Assembly: GCF_001194135.2 (NCBI RefSeq)
Contig: NC_068982.1
Span: 16,049,453-16,084,640 of the forward strand
From: Octopus bimaculoides
Taxonomy: Eukaryota
Reading direction: 5' to 3'
DNA: 35,188 nt
Part shown: positions 34,541 to 35,188 of the stretch, piece after piece
How positions within the stretch are numbered: position 1 is the stretch's first letter
Layout of the letters: each line of letters starts with the position of its first letter
Program-made: the position numbers and the translations under genes
The notes under the pieces: generated by a model
The model's input: the letters and a program-made list of their open reading frames with translations, nothing else
What the model was told of the DNA's origin: nothing
The model's database searches: none

Positions 34541-34762
34541 GGTGTTACTGTATTAATTACGTTACAGAGTCATTTTACAGTCTAGGTAACTTCTGCTTGT
34601 TGAGTATTCACTCCTGTCACTCAAGTTCTTTTAGTACACAAAGACACATATATATGTTTATATATTCGATTAGCAAAATTCTTGATGTGAATTCGTGTGT
34701 TGAAACAAGTATTGTTGTATTTTGGGGATGGTCATCTGGGGATGGTCATGTTGCCAGTTTAG

Positions 34763-34824
34763 CCTCACTGATGAGGTCACAGAAGTGTGACGAAAGAACC
34801 GGCCGAAATACAATTAATATGAAG
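34763..34824 (+). ncRNA. Candidate hammerhead motif upstream of the Penelope remnant
   Basis: CTGATGA 34768-34774. Stem II is either gtcac/gtgac before GAAA at 34792, or ggtc/ggcc before GAAA at 34805. Possible stem I cctca/tgaag; stem III is weak. Confidence 0.5.
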
Positions 34825-35188
34825 TTAAGCTGAAGCAAGTGAACACCAAATATATAGTGCGTGTGTTTTAATTGGCTATTTGTATGTATGATTATGGATA
34901 CGTGATATTCGTATTGGTATGTATAAATGTTTATAATTATGTACAACTGGTCATACTAATGAAGGTAGGGAGAATTACATCTCTAAACCAGAAATCGATC
35001 TATAATTAAACCTCTTTTAAGAAATCTTATTAACTTACCTCGCTTTCAATTCGTGCTAATGGAGCAAGTAACTGTAGTTACTAGGACCATTTGGCGTCTA
35101 TTTCTAGCATGTGAGGCTATTAATTAGTACCTCTATTGTTATAATTACATATACTTGTGCGTGTGTATATATATATATATATATATAT

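Overview
This is repeat-dense, AT-rich eukaryotic DNA with N gaps. The SINE families and microsatellite load point to an octopus genome (inference from recalled repeat families, not verified). No intact protein-coding gene is recognisable, and almost all ORF-track entries are microsatellite or N-gap artefacts; only weak candidate exons remain. Supported content: about 25 tRNA-type SINE copies from several families, two decayed mariner transposons, a hAT-like MITE with an 8-bp TSD, three Penelope-like element (PLE) remnants, and a decayed 28S rRNA fragment that stops about 14 nt short of the R2 target site. The most notable signal is nine hammerhead-ribozyme (HHR) motifs of at least five unrelated sequence types. 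These include a palindromic double-HHR cassette, an HHR with a long branched stem II, and a deleted PLE with direct and inverted HHR-bearing pseudo-LTRs. PLE-associated HHRs are an established phenomenon; whether these particular families are described, or still cleave, cannot be judged from sequence alone.
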